Source of the DNA: Candidatus Campbellbacteria bacterium
GTDB taxonomy: Bacteria; Patescibacteriota; Minisyncoccia; Phycocordibacterales; CSBR16-193
Reading direction: 5' to 3'
Length of the DNA: 64,000 nucleotides
Assembly: GCA_007117035.1 (NCBI GenBank)
Contig: SKHG01000054.1
Location: 1,060-65,059, forward strand
The notes below the pieces were generated by a model, which ran no database searches, was not told the origin of the DNA, and saw only the letters and a program-made list of their open reading frames with translations. This document shows, piece after piece, positions 9,769 to 19,440 of this stretch. The first letter of the stretch is position 1; every line of letters starts with the position of its first letter. Both the position numbers and the translations under genes were made by a program.

Positions 9769-10158
9769 ATGTCTAGTAAGAAATCTGTTATCGCAATCGT
9801 TATACTTTTAGTAACTCTTTTGATAGTCTTTGCAATCACTAGTACTACAGAAGCACCTATAGAGTTATTTGAAGAAGGAGAAGACCAAATAACAGAAGAT
9901 TTGACGCTAAATTATACCAACACCGGCTTCTTGCCGGAAAACTTAACAATCTCAGTTGGTGATACTGTGGAGTTTTACAACAAGAGCGACAATCTTATGT
10001 GGGTTGCTTCTGACCCTCACCCATCTCACACAGACTACCCTGAGTTTGATCAAAATGAGCCTGAGGATTATTTTACCTTCACTTTCAATGAAACTGGTGA
10101 GTGGGCATTCCACAATCATCTAGTTCCGAGTCACACTGGAACAGTAAAGGTAGAGTAA
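9769..10158 (+). CDS. Membrane-anchored cupredoxin/plastocyanin-like protein
   Basis: N-terminal TM; FLPENLTISVGDTVEFYN, SDPHPSH, FTFNETGEWAFHNHL...GTVKVE. Confidence 0.8.
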   Translation: MSSKKSVIAIVILLVTLLIVFAITSTTEAPIELFEEGEDQITEDLTLNYTNTGFLPENLTISVGDTVEFYNKSDNLMWVASDPHPSHTDYPEFDQNEPEDYFTFTFNETGEWAFHNHLVPSHTGTVKVE

Positions 10159-10179
10159 AAAAGTACCCAAAGACCTAAA

Positions 10180-12351
10180 ATGTCTGAACTTAAAAAAATA
10201 CACCTAGAAGATCAACTGTCAGAACATTTTCGTCTTAACCCCAAACAAAAAATTGCACTAAAGAAAATGGGTTTGGAAACTGTCTGGGACCTATTACACC
10301 ATTTTCCAACTCGCTACGGTGAAGCTGGTGAAAGTAAATATATAAAAGACATAAACGAAGGTGAACTTGTGACTGTTTACGGAAGAGTTAAAAGTGTTTC
10401 AATCGGTAAAACATTTCGTGGCAAAGTTCCACAAGCCACCGCTTCAATAGTGGATGAAACCGGTCAGATAAACGCTATCTGGTTTCACCAACCATACATC
10501 GCCAAGATGCTATCGACCGGAGCGTTGGTTAAACTAGAAGGTCGAATCAGCAAAAGAAAAAACAGCTGGTGGAGTACCAACCCAAACATCTCGACTATTA
10601 AAAAGGTCCCTAACAAAATAGGAAACTCGCTTTTTAATAACGACAAGATGGAATTTCTTTTACCAACATATCCAGAGCGTCGAGGTATAACATCTCGCTG
10701 GATACATCATAGTCTAAAAAAAATCTTTCGTTCCACAGCGATTGATGAACTGATTGATCCTGTTTTACCTAAAATACTCGAAAAGTATCACCTACCACCA
10801 CTAAAAACTGCACTACACTGGATTCATCTCCCAAAAAAAGAAAATGATGCTCTCTCGGCACGTAAAAGATTTGCTTTCCAAGAAGTTTTTTTTATACAAC
10901 TCCAAAAACAACAGGAGCGAAAGAAAAGAGAAATTAAAGAATCCTTCGTTCTTGCCCACTCAGATTCTCACATTAAGGAATTTACAGAAAGATTCCCTTT
11001 CCCTTTAACCAAAGCACAAAAAAGAGCAATCAAGGAGATAAACAAAGACCTCTCAACTCCTGGAGCAATGTCTCGTCTCTTAGAAGGTGATGTTGGTTCG
11101 GGTAAAACTGCAGTCGCCGCCGCCTCGGCATACGCTGTAGTAACTACTCGACCTGAAAACCAAGATTTTGGACATTTACAGGTAGCATACATGGCACCAA
11201 CCGAAATCTTAGCACGCCAACAATTTGAAGACTTTATTAAACACTTCAGTTATCTGGGAATCCAGATCGGTTTTATAACATCAAGCGGTTGTCAAAAGTT
11301 TCCTTCCAAAGTTAACCCCCAAGAAGCAACTAAAATATCCAAAAAACAACTTCTAAAGTGGATTGAGAACGGTGAGGTACCAATCGTGGTCGGCACTCAT
11401 TCGTTGATTCAAAAGACGGTGAAGTTCAAAAATCTCGGCCTAGCTGTTATAGACGAACAACATCGTTTCGGAACTATTCAAAGATCAAATCTTATTCGAA
11501 AAGATAGTATCTCTCCCCACCTTCTATCAATGACTGCCACTCCAATCCCTAGAACCCTTGCTTTGACCATCTATGGTGACCTGGACCTAACTCTTCTCGA
11601 CGAGATGCCAAAAGGTCGTAAAGAAGCTATAACCGAGATAATCTCACCTGCTAAAAGAAAAAGTAGTTTAGAAAAGATAAGAATAGAATTAAAGAAAGGT
11701 AAACAAGCTTTTTTTATCTGCCCACGAATAGATGCGCCCGACCCAAACAAAGAAGGTTCTCTTCAAGCTGCCTCTGTTAAAGAGGAGGTGGAGTACCTAG
11801 AAAAGGATATCTTTCCAGAGTACAGAATCGCTCCTTTACACGGAAAAATGAAACCAAAAGAAAAGGAGGATACTATGAAAAAATTTGAAAAAGGTGAAAT
11901 TGATATTTTGGTCTCAACTTCGGTTGTAGAAGTTGGGGTTAACATTCCGAATGCTACTGTTATTGCAATTGAAGGTGCTGAACGTTTTGGACTCTCACAA
12001 CTTCACCAACTTCGTGGTCGAGTTTTGCGTAGCTCAGACCAAGCCTACTGTTATATATTCTCCGATACAGAAAACAAAAAAAGTTTAGAACGCCTACAGT
12101 CTTTAGTTAAAGCTAAAAACGGATTCGAACTAGCTGAGTACGATCTGGCTCAACGCGGTGCTGGTGAACTTTCTGGGAGGCGACAGTGGGGTGTCTCCGA
12201 TTTAGCAATGGAAGCAATTAAAAATCAAAAAATGGTCGAAGCAGCTCGCGAATCAGCTCGAGAGGTAATCGAGGATGATCCTGATTTACAAAAAAAAGAA
12301 CACTCACTTTTAAGCAAACAAATTTCAAAGAAATACCTACATTTTGAATAG
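10180..12351 (+). CDS. recG: ATP-dependent DNA helicase RecG
   Basis: RLLEGDVGSGKT, MAPTEILA, IDEQHRFG, MTATPIPRTL, QLHQLRGRV. Confidence 0.96.
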   Translation: MSELKKIHLEDQLSEHFRLNPKQKIALKKMGLETVWDLLHHFPTRYGEAGESKYIKDINEGELVTVYGRVKSVSIGKTFRGKVPQATASIVDETGQINAIWFHQPYIAKMLSTGALVKLEGRISKRKNSWWSTNPNISTIKKVPNKIGNSLFNNDKMEFLLPTYPERRGITSRWIHHSLKKIFRSTAIDELIDPVLPKILEKYHLPPLKTALHWIHLPKKENDALSARKRFAFQEVFFIQLQKQQERKKREIKESFVLAHSDSHIKEFTERFPFPLTKAQKRAIKEINKDLSTPGAMSRLLEGDVGSGKTAVAAASAYAVVTTRPENQDFGHLQVAYMAPTEILARQQFEDFIKHFSYLGIQIGFITSSGCQKFPSKVNPQEATKISKKQLLKWIENGEVPIVVGTHSLIQKTVKFKNLGLAVIDEQHRFGTIQRSNLIRKDSISPHLLSMTATPIPRTLALTIYGDLDLTLLDEMPKGRKEAITEIISPAKRKSSLEKIRIELKKGKQAFFICPRIDAPDPNKEGSLQAASVKEEVEYLEKDIFPEYRIAPLHGKMKPKEKEDTMKKFEKGEIDILVSTSVVEVGVNIPNATVIAIEGAERFGLSQLHQLRGRVLRSSDQAYCYIFSDTENKKSLERLQSLVKAKNGFELAEYDLAQRGAGELSGRRQWGVSDLAMEAIKNQKMVEAARESAREVIEDDPDLQKKEHSLLSKQISKKYLHFE

Positions 12352-12404
12352 TACTAAGTTTTAACAAGATTCCTTACAAACTCTCAAAATCTTGAAAATG
12401 CTTG

Positions 12405-12478
12405 TCCGCCCTCTTGGACTCGAACCAAGGACCTCGAAGGTATAAGCTTCGTGCTCTAACCAGCTGAGCTAAGGGCGG
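12405..12478 (-). tRNA. tRNA-Ile(TAT), CCA not encoded
   Basis: CCGCCCT TAGCTCAGCTGGTTAGAGCA CGAAG CT-TAT-AC CTTCG AGGTC CTTGG TTCGAGT CCAAG AGGGCGG A folds into a full cloverleaf. Confidence 0.9.
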
Positions 12479-12582
12479 ACAAGTACTTCCAATTTTCTTT
12501 TTTTAATAATACAAGCTATAAATACTTTTGCACACTGCTCATACTATACCAAAAAATTTCGTTTTCAAGTCAAAATCAAAAT

Positions 12583-13428
12583 TTAAACCAAAGTATAAAC
12601 ATCTTGGTTTGTTTCACTAACTCCAATAAAAGTTCCTTCACCGTTTATAACACGAGCCAAATCTCGACACGCAAAACAACCGTCTTCGCCATGTGGACAA
12701 AGAAACTCTTTTTTCTCACGAGCTTCTTTCACTCTTAAAGCAACCTCCAAGACATCCTTTTTGGCCTGCTCGTATTCTGGCAGATCTTTACCTTCCAGTT
12801 CATCAGATCTATCCAGATACCAATAACTAACCTTCTCAACCTTTCTTTTCTGAGAGTTAGTTGCCAACAGAAGATAGATTGGTAACTGTAAAGAACCTGT
12901 TTTTTCATCTCTTTTACCGGTTTTGAAATCGATGATATGTATTCCATCACTTTCCGGTAAGTACTCAATCCAATCAACTTTACCACAAAGAATAATATTA
13001 TCTTCTTCGGATAAGTAAAAATTGGGAGGCATACCACCACTGTGTAGTGGCAGACGAAGGGCAGGTTTAACAAGTGGCCCTGGGTTTTTAATTACACGAT
13101 CGATCATCACTCGACCACGTTGCTTCATCTCCTCTTCTTCGTCTTTATCATTAAAACCACCCTTAGTTCCAGAAACCTTACTCCACTCTGCTTCAAACCT
13201 TTTTATAATCGGTTGATCCAATCTTTTATCGGCCGGTACCAAAGCTAATGGTTCAATAACATTGTGGACTGCTGAACCTAGCGCCAAAGCAGGATTGATT
13301 ATCGAAATCTTTCGACCAGTTTTTGGATCCTTGTATACATTGTTTAGATAGTATGCTCTTGGGCAGGTTAAGAAATCTCCCATAGAAGAGTGAGAGACCC
13401 AGACTGCTTTATATTTATCAGGTGCCAT
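12583..13428 (-). CDS. PD-(D/E)XK nuclease, AddB/Cas4-like with a four-Cys motif
   Basis: VSHSS...CPRAYYL, LGSAVH, GKVD, IIDFKTG, QLPIY, C-terminal CPHGEDGCFAC; start moved to ATG at 13428. Confidence 0.85.
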   Translation of the reverse strand: MAPDKYKAVWVSHSSMGDFLTCPRAYYLNNVYKDPKTGRKISIINPALALGSAVHNVIEPLALVPADKRLDQPIIKRFEAEWSKVSGTKGGFNDKDEEEEMKQRGRVMIDRVIKNPGPLVKPALRLPLHSGGMPPNFYLSEEDNIILCGKVDWIEYLPESDGIHIIDFKTGKRDEKTGSLQLPIYLLLATNSQKRKVEKVSYWYLDRSDELEGKDLPEYEQAKKDVLEVALRVKEAREKKEFLCPHGEDGCFACRDLARVINGEGTFIGVSETNQDVYTLV

Positions 13429-13432
13429 AATA

Positions 13433-13783
13433 TTAAATCTTTTTATCTGAACACTTTTGACATTCACCTTTTACTAAAACATCACTAACTATAAATTTTT
13501 GACCCTTTGTTAAGGTGGAACGATTAAATTTCAATACTTCAACTAAGCCACAACACTTACAAATAAAGTGATCGTGGGATTTTTGTTCGTCATTTAGTTC
13601 ATAAACAACCACATCTTTATCTAGCACAACCTTTTTAATCTCACCATCCTTAACTAACTGGTTAACATTTCGAAAGATTGTTGAGTAATCAGCTTGAGGA
13701 ACTTTTTTGTGTATCTCAGCTATACTCAACAGATGACTCCTTTTTAACAAAGAAAGGATTTTAGTCTTATATTTTGTGGCCAT
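13433..13783 (-). CDS. Fur family metal-responsive regulator
   Basis: STIFRNV, HDHFICKCCG, GECQKC. Confidence 0.88.
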   Translation of the reverse strand: MATKYKTKILSLLKRSHLLSIAEIHKKVPQADYSTIFRNVNQLVKDGEIKKVVLDKDVVVYELNDEQKSHDHFICKCCGLVEVLKFNRSTLTKGQKFIVSDVLVKGECQKCSDKKI

Positions 13784-13794
13784 ATTTTAAGAAA

Positions 13795-15777
13795 CTAAAC
13801 GGAGTGTGCTCTCTCAACTATATCTTGATCTTTTTCCCTATCAGTCTTTTTTATTGGATCTATTCCATGAGCAATCAAAATATCTTCATATTCTTTTCTT
13901 TCTAGAGTTTCAGCGTCAACTAATTTTTTGGCGATCGATTCCATAACATTTTTATTTTTTGTTAGAACATCAAGAGCAACTGCTAACGCATTATTAATGA
14001 TAGAAGCAACTTCGCTATCTATCTTGGAACTAACTTCCTCTGAATACTCTATTCCCTCGCCAGGTTGACTGTGAGGAGAAAGACCTGCCGACTCAACAAA
14101 AGCGATTGGACCAACACTTTCAGACATTCCGTATTTGGTAACCATACTACGAGCCAACGCTGAGGAAACCTGCAGGTCATTGGACGAACCAGTAGTAAGA
14201 TCATTGAAGATCATTTGTTCGGCCACATACCCACCCAAAGAAACAGCGATGTCGTCAAGAAACTCTTTTTTAGACTGCATTCGTCTGTCTTCTGAAGGAA
14301 GTTTCAAAGTATATCCAGCTGCTCGACCACGAGAAATGACCGATATTTTATGAACCGGATCAGCATAAGGTAAAATAGAAGCAATTAAAGCGTGACCGGC
14401 TTCGTGATAGGCTGTTATCTCTTTTTCTCTTTTTGACAGAATATGACTACGTCTCTCAGGACCAAGCATTACTTTCTCAATAGAACGAATTAGATCGAAC
14501 TGAGCAATCTGTTTACGGCTCTCACGCGCAGCTAAAATAGCTGCCTCGTTTACAAGTGAGTAGATATCAGCACCTGAAAATCCTGGTGTTCTTTCGGCAA
14601 TAACTGGAAAACTTACATCCTCGCCTAGTGGTATCTTTCGAGATTGAACCTTTAGTATTGCCTCTCGATCCTTTCTGTCTGGAAGATCAATGGTTACCCT
14701 TCGGTCAAATCTTCCTGGTCGAAGCAAGGCTGGATCCAAAACATCTGGTCTGTTTGTGGCAGCCATAATTATTACTTTTTCGTGAGGTTCAAAACCGTCC
14801 ATCTCAACCAATATCTGATTTAAGGTTTGTTCTCTTTCATCATTTCCACCACCAACTCCAGTTCCTCGTACCCTACCAATTGCATCAATTTCATCGATAA
14901 ATATAATAACTGGTGAGTTCTGTTTAGCTAGTTTAAAGAGATCTCGAACACGACTAGCACCAACACCAACAAACATCTCCACAAACTCAGATCCTGAAAT
15001 TGAGAAGAAAGCTACTCGAGCTTCTCCAGCAACAGCTCTTGCCAGCAAGGTCTTTCCTGTTCCAGGTGCTCCCATCATCAAAATACCTTTTGGAATTTTT
15101 GCTCCAATATCAATAAACTTTTTTGGAAACTTCAAAAAATCTACAATCTCAGTTAATTCCTCTTTAGCTTCCTTAGCACCCGCCACATCCTTAAATGTTA
15201 CCCTCTGTTTTTTATCGTGAGGCAAAATCATTCGCGCTTTAGACTGACCAAAAGTAAAGGCTTGCATCCCTGCTCCTTTAGCTTGGCGCAGAATAAACCA
15301 CAGAATCAAAATTATTAACATTAGAGGCAACAGAAATGGACCAAGTGTCATCATCCAGTAACCAAATCCGGTTGGATGTTTAACATCTATATCAATTACT
15401 CTTAGCTCTTCGGAAGTTACTCCATAATTAACCAAAGTCTCTGATAGAGCTGTGCCGTCTTCTTTGCGTGACTCTCTTTCTGTTCCATCAATATACATAA
15501 TCTCTATAGCAGAACCCCGAACGGTTATACTTTCAACTTCACTAGCAGAGATATCATTTGCTAGCCTTGAAAGTGAAATCTCTTCAATATTTTCTTGAGA
15601 TGATAATAGTGAATAGATTAAAACCACCATTAAAAAAACTAAGGTTATGGTCACAAAATTATTCCAAAAACTACCAGAGGAAGATTTTGATGTTTTAGGG
15701 TTTAAAACTGGACCTCTTCTTTCGGGTTCTGAACTTTTATTTTTTTTATTATTGTTTGGTCGATCAAAAAGACTCAT
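13795..15777 (-). CDS. ftsH: ATP-dependent zinc metalloprotease FtsH
   Basis: Two TMs, [18 protein letters not shown] motif [24 protein letters not shown]. Confidence 0.97.
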   Translation of the reverse strand: MSLFDRPNNNKKNKSSEPERRGPVLNPKTSKSSSGSFWNNFVTITLVFLMVVLIYSLLSSQENIEEISLSRLANDISASEVESITVRGSAIEIMYIDGTERESRKEDGTALSETLVNYGVTSEELRVIDIDVKHPTGFGYWMMTLGPFLLPLMLIILILWFILRQAKGAGMQAFTFGQSKARMILPHDKKQRVTFKDVAGAKEAKEELTEIVDFLKFPKKFIDIGAKIPKGILMMGAPGTGKTLLARAVAGEARVAFFSISGSEFVEMFVGVGASRVRDLFKLAKQNSPVIIFIDEIDAIGRVRGTGVGGGNDEREQTLNQILVEMDGFEPHEKVIIMAATNRPDVLDPALLRPGRFDRRVTIDLPDRKDREAILKVQSRKIPLGEDVSFPVIAERTPGFSGADIYSLVNEAAILAARESRKQIAQFDLIRSIEKVMLGPERRSHILSKREKEITAYHEAGHALIASILPYADPVHKISVISRGRAAGYTLKLPSEDRRMQSKKEFLDDIAVSLGGYVAEQMIFNDLTTGSSNDLQVSSALARSMVTKYGMSESVGPIAFVESAGLSPHSQPGEGIEYSEEVSSKIDSEVASIINNALAVALDVLTKNKNVMESIAKKLVDAETLERKEYEDILIAHGIDPIKKTDREKDQDIVERAHSV

Positions 15778-15871
15778 AATTTATGATATTAAGTATTTTA
15801 TTGTAACATCAAATTAACAAAAAAGAAAAATCTTGCAAGACTAACTCTTTTTTCTTTGATACTATTGATTT

Positions 15872-16321
15872 ATGAGTTTAATTAGAAACAAGAAAGCAAC
15901 CTTAAACTTCGAAATAATAGACAAATTTGAAGCTGGTGTAGAACTCTTCGGATTTGAGGTTAAATCAATTAGGAACAAAAGAGGTTCTCTTGATGGTTCA
16001 TATGTAAAAATACGTGGAGGTGAAGCTTTTCTAGTTAACGCCCACATACCAAGCTTTCAACCAGCTAACTCCCCCGAAAGTTTTGACCCTTATCGCACAC
16101 GAAAACTACTGCTTAATAAAAAAGAGCTACACGAACTTACTGAAAAAGAAAAAGAACGGGGTTTGACACTAGTCCCATTATCGATGTATAATAAAGGTCG
16201 GTTGATAAAGCTTGAATTTGCAGTTGCACGTGGTAAAAAAAAGTACGACAAGCGTCAAGACATTAAAAGACGAGACACAGAACGAGATATTAAACGTGAA
16301 TTTAAAGCCAGACTCAACTAG
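15872..16321 (+). CDS. smpB: SsrA-binding protein SmpB
   Basis: NKKA...EAGVEL.GFEVKSIR, RTRKLLL, RGKKKYDKR; adjacent to tmRNA. Confidence 0.97.
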   Translation: MSLIRNKKATLNFEIIDKFEAGVELFGFEVKSIRNKRGSLDGSYVKIRGGEAFLVNAHIPSFQPANSPESFDPYRTRKLLLNKKELHELTEKEKERGLTLVPLSMYNKGRLIKLEFAVARGKKKYDKRQDIKRRDTERDIKREFKARLN

Positions 16322-16385
16322 AACATTGACATATAGTGTCGATCTTTCACCAAGCCTTTTTAAATTTTTAAATTAAAAATGCTTG

Positions 16386-16786
16386 GGGGATGATCGGCTT
16401 CGATAAAAGGCCCAGAATTGTTTACGCGCAAGGCAGAGATCCAGAATCTCTTAAAACTTCTGGAAAAATATAAGTGCAGAATCAATCGCACAAAAGGCTA
16501 AAGCAGTTGTTTCTCCATATTTTGGAGCCAACGACTTTGCCTACGCTTACGCTGCTTAAGTAGCGAGGCTCATCCTGCTACATGATGTCCAATATTGTAA
16601 TCAGGGTGTCAAATTCATTGGAATAGGATAACTACTCTCCTCGATAGATATCTAAAACAAAGAGGATCGCAGATCTGTGATTTCGTTTACTTTAGACACA
16701 GCTCTGTTAAATCAAAAAGTAAACTAAGCCCTGTAGAACCGTAACCATTCTCCTTTTACACGCGGGTTCGATTCCCGCCGTCTCCA
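16386..16786 (+). ncRNA. ssrA: tmRNA
   Basis: 5' GGGGATG pairs with 3' CGTCTCC-A (G3-U pair); T-arm GCGGGTTCGATTCCCGC; tag ORF 16476-16559 ends AYAA*. Confidence 0.95.
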
Positions 16787-16794
16787 CACTATTC

Positions 16795-16827
16795 AACAAT
16801 ACCGCCATTTAGGCGGTATTGTTTTTT
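16795..16827 (+). terminator. Intrinsic terminator after ssrA
   Basis: AACAATACCGCC-ATTTA-GGCGGTATTGTT followed by TTTT. Confidence 0.85.
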
Positions 16828-16898
16828 ATACAAACATTATGTACTAATTCACTAAAAGTAATTTTTGTGTTCATTTAGATCGTATTTTAAGTAGAATC

Positions 16899-18179
16899 TT
16901 ATTTAATCAAATTTTTTAACACTTTCAGAGTGTAGTTACTGTCATTACCAAAAATATGCACGATCACATCTCCCTCTTCAGACAAGGAGAGTGCTTTTTC
17001 TAAAGCTTTATTTTCAGGAATGACTCGATAAACTGAATTTTGTTTACTTGTATGTTTTTTTATTTCATCAAACACAATAGCAGACACTTCACCAACATCT
17101 CTGTGCCACTTTTTCCTCAAATCTTTCAACGGTTGTCTGGTTACACCATCGACTTTATCGTAAACAACCACTGTATCAAAGACATTGGCAATTTCGCGAG
17201 AATAGTTTCTAAGTTGTTTATCAGTTCTATCAACAGCAAATCTTATAACTCCAATTGTTTTACGTTTCGATATATGTGAAGCTAAATTACCAATTGCCTT
17301 TAAAGAAAACTTCTCGTGAGCATAATCAACTATAATATCAACATTTTTCTTTTTATATTTGTATCGCAACAATCGTCCTTCTTTTTTTTCATCCGCTGAA
17401 TAATTTATCAAAGCTTCTTGCATTAATTTTGGTATTCTTTTCTGCCCCTGTTCCACAAAAATACAAGCTACTGCAAACAAAAGATTGTAGACCGATGGCA
17501 AGTAGTATCCTTCAAAAATCCAAGATATTTTATTTGTTTCAAATAATTTAGTCTGTCCTTCTTTAGTCAGGACAAGAACTTTATGATCCTTCCAAGTTAT
17601 AGCCTTACCACCTCGAGACAAATGATCATCAAGATCAAAGGCTGAAAAATCTAAACCGACGGGAATCAAAGTTAAATTTCTTTCAGTTTCAGATTTAACC
17701 TTTTTCAACTGCTCAACCACCAAAACATCATCTGCATTAAAAACCAACGCGCCATCAAGTTTAACTCTGGCAAACAAACGACCTTTCTCTCTTGCTAAGG
17801 CTCGGCGTGATTTAAGTCTGGAACCTATATGATCTTCAAATATATTGGTTAGAACTCCTATATCATGAGCTCTGTAACCCATACCGGGTAAAGCACTGGA
17901 ACCGATAGACATCTCTAGTATGGCAACAGAGTTATTTTTGTCTTTTAATTCATAAAGAAAGCGACCCGGACAAACCGAAGGAACCAAGTCATAAAGTTTA
18001 ACCCCGTCTTTTAAAGTACTCTTTCTTTTACCATCTAGGTAATGTCCATGAGTATCAACAAGCAAAGTAGGTCTTTTTGTTGTTCGATAAGCCGAATCCA
18101 GTAATCTAACCACAGTTGTTTTACCTTTAGTACCGGTAACAGAAATTATCTTCGGCCCATGATCTTGTGCTTCAGTCAT
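16899..18179 (-). CDS. Mur ligase family protein resembling the C-terminal domain of cyanophycin synthetase
   Basis: ISVTGTKGKTTVVRLL, VLTNIFEDHIG, VFNADD, IIVDYAH, GVIRFAVDRTD; no MurC-F N-terminal domain evident. Confidence 0.75.
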   Translation of the reverse strand: MTEAQDHGPKIISVTGTKGKTTVVRLLDSAYRTTKRPTLLVDTHGHYLDGKRKSTLKDGVKLYDLVPSVCPGRFLYELKDKNNSVAILEMSIGSSALPGMGYRAHDIGVLTNIFEDHIGSRLKSRRALAREKGRLFARVKLDGALVFNADDVLVVEQLKKVKSETERNLTLIPVGLDFSAFDLDDHLSRGGKAITWKDHKVLVLTKEGQTKLFETNKISWIFEGYYLPSVYNLLFAVACIFVEQGQKRIPKLMQEALINYSADEKKEGRLLRYKYKKKNVDIIVDYAHEKFSLKAIGNLASHISKRKTIGVIRFAVDRTDKQLRNYSREIANVFDTVVVYDKVDGVTRQPLKDLRKKWHRDVGEVSAIVFDEIKKHTSKQNSVYRVIPENKALEKALSLSEEGDVIVHIFGNDSNYTLKVLKNLIK

Positions 18180-18334
18180 TGTAAATAAAATTAATTAATT
18201 AAAGACAAATATTATTCTACATAACCCTTAACTAAATTAAAAGAACTATAAACCTCTACTACCCTAACTACTAGAAAATATCACCGACCTAATATGTGTG
18301 GTTTAAGAATAGTTTGTACGATAGAGAGAAAAGA

Positions 18335-19030
18335 CTAATCCTCTTTTTGTTCAGACTCCAACCTAGATAGTTCATTTTCTATAACTTCCTGGAAGGACTG
18401 GAAGGGTTTGGCACCCAACACCATCTCATCGTTTACAAGAAAAGAAGGTGTGCCAGAAAAACCAGCTGCTTGACCCTCGCTTAAATTATCTGCAACATCT
18501 TGTTGATAGTGTCTTTCATTAAAACACGACACTAATCGATCACTATCCAGGCCTAAAAATTCAGCATAGGCTCGATGAATCTCTGGATTGGACCAACGAC
18601 CTCTGTCCTGACTATGTCGAGAATACAAAACATCATGATACTCCCAAAAAGCCCCCTGTTCTTCTGCACAGTGCGCAGCCTCAGAAGCCCGATTTCCTCC
18701 AACTACTGGTAAATCTTTGTAAGTATAACGAACCAAGCCTTTTTCAATGTAATTAGTTTTAATTGGACTAAGAGTTTGTTCCCAAAATCTAGCACAGAAT
18801 GGACAAGCATAATCAGAGTACTCGATCATCTCTATTGGTGCTTGAGGATCTCCAACCGAAAAACCATCCACTGAAGTCCATTTCTTCAACGAGACCGAGG
18901 TTTGTAATTCTTCTTGTGTAAGAATTGGTCCTTCTTCTATCACATCTTCAGAGTTCTGAACAAAATAGAAAGAACCAGCTATTAATAAACCAGCGAAGAG
19001 TATAGAAAGAGGTGTTAGGTATTTTTGCAT
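18335..19030 (-). CDS. DsbA/BdbD-like thioredoxin-fold oxidoreductase
   Basis: GDPQAPIEMIEYSDYACPFC, GTPSF cis-Pro loop, N-terminal TM. Confidence 0.9.
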   Translation of the reverse strand: MQKYLTPLSILFAGLLIAGSFYFVQNSEDVIEEGPILTQEELQTSVSLKKWTSVDGFSVGDPQAPIEMIEYSDYACPFCARFWEQTLSPIKTNYIEKGLVRYTYKDLPVVGGNRASEAAHCAEEQGAFWEYHDVLYSRHSQDRGRWSNPEIHRAYAEFLGLDSDRLVSCFNERHYQQDVADNLSEGQAAGFSGTPSFLVNDEMVLGAKPFQSFQEVIENELSRLESEQKED

Positions 19031-19440
19031 AACTATAAATTTAGAATTAACTTTTAATCTTCTTGGTGATAATAGCAGACAGAGAAGAACAAAACAATAA
19101 AAAAATACTGGTCAGTTAAATTAACTTCAGATTATCTAAAAATGTAAAAATAAATAAATAATTTAACGAAAAAATCCTTCCCAGTAAAAAGGTTGACAAT
19201 AAATTAATTCCTGTCATCATTAAACAGTTCTCACTATTTAGGCACCAAAGGTGACCTAATAATAAGAGAATAATTAAACAAATAAAATAGATTATGAAAA
19301 AAATATCAACAGTTCAAAAAAAAGACCAACTGATTTATTCACAGTTATTTCGGTAACCTCCACACTGGTTTTTAATAAAATTAGAAAAATTAAAACAGCT
19401 ACTTCTGGTTTTAATTCTTGTTATAAATAATCTAATAGTT

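Noticed and set aside
12583-13428. Cas4-like nuclease as evidence of a CRISPR-Cas system
   Set aside because: No repeat-spacer array or other cas gene seen anywhere in the window
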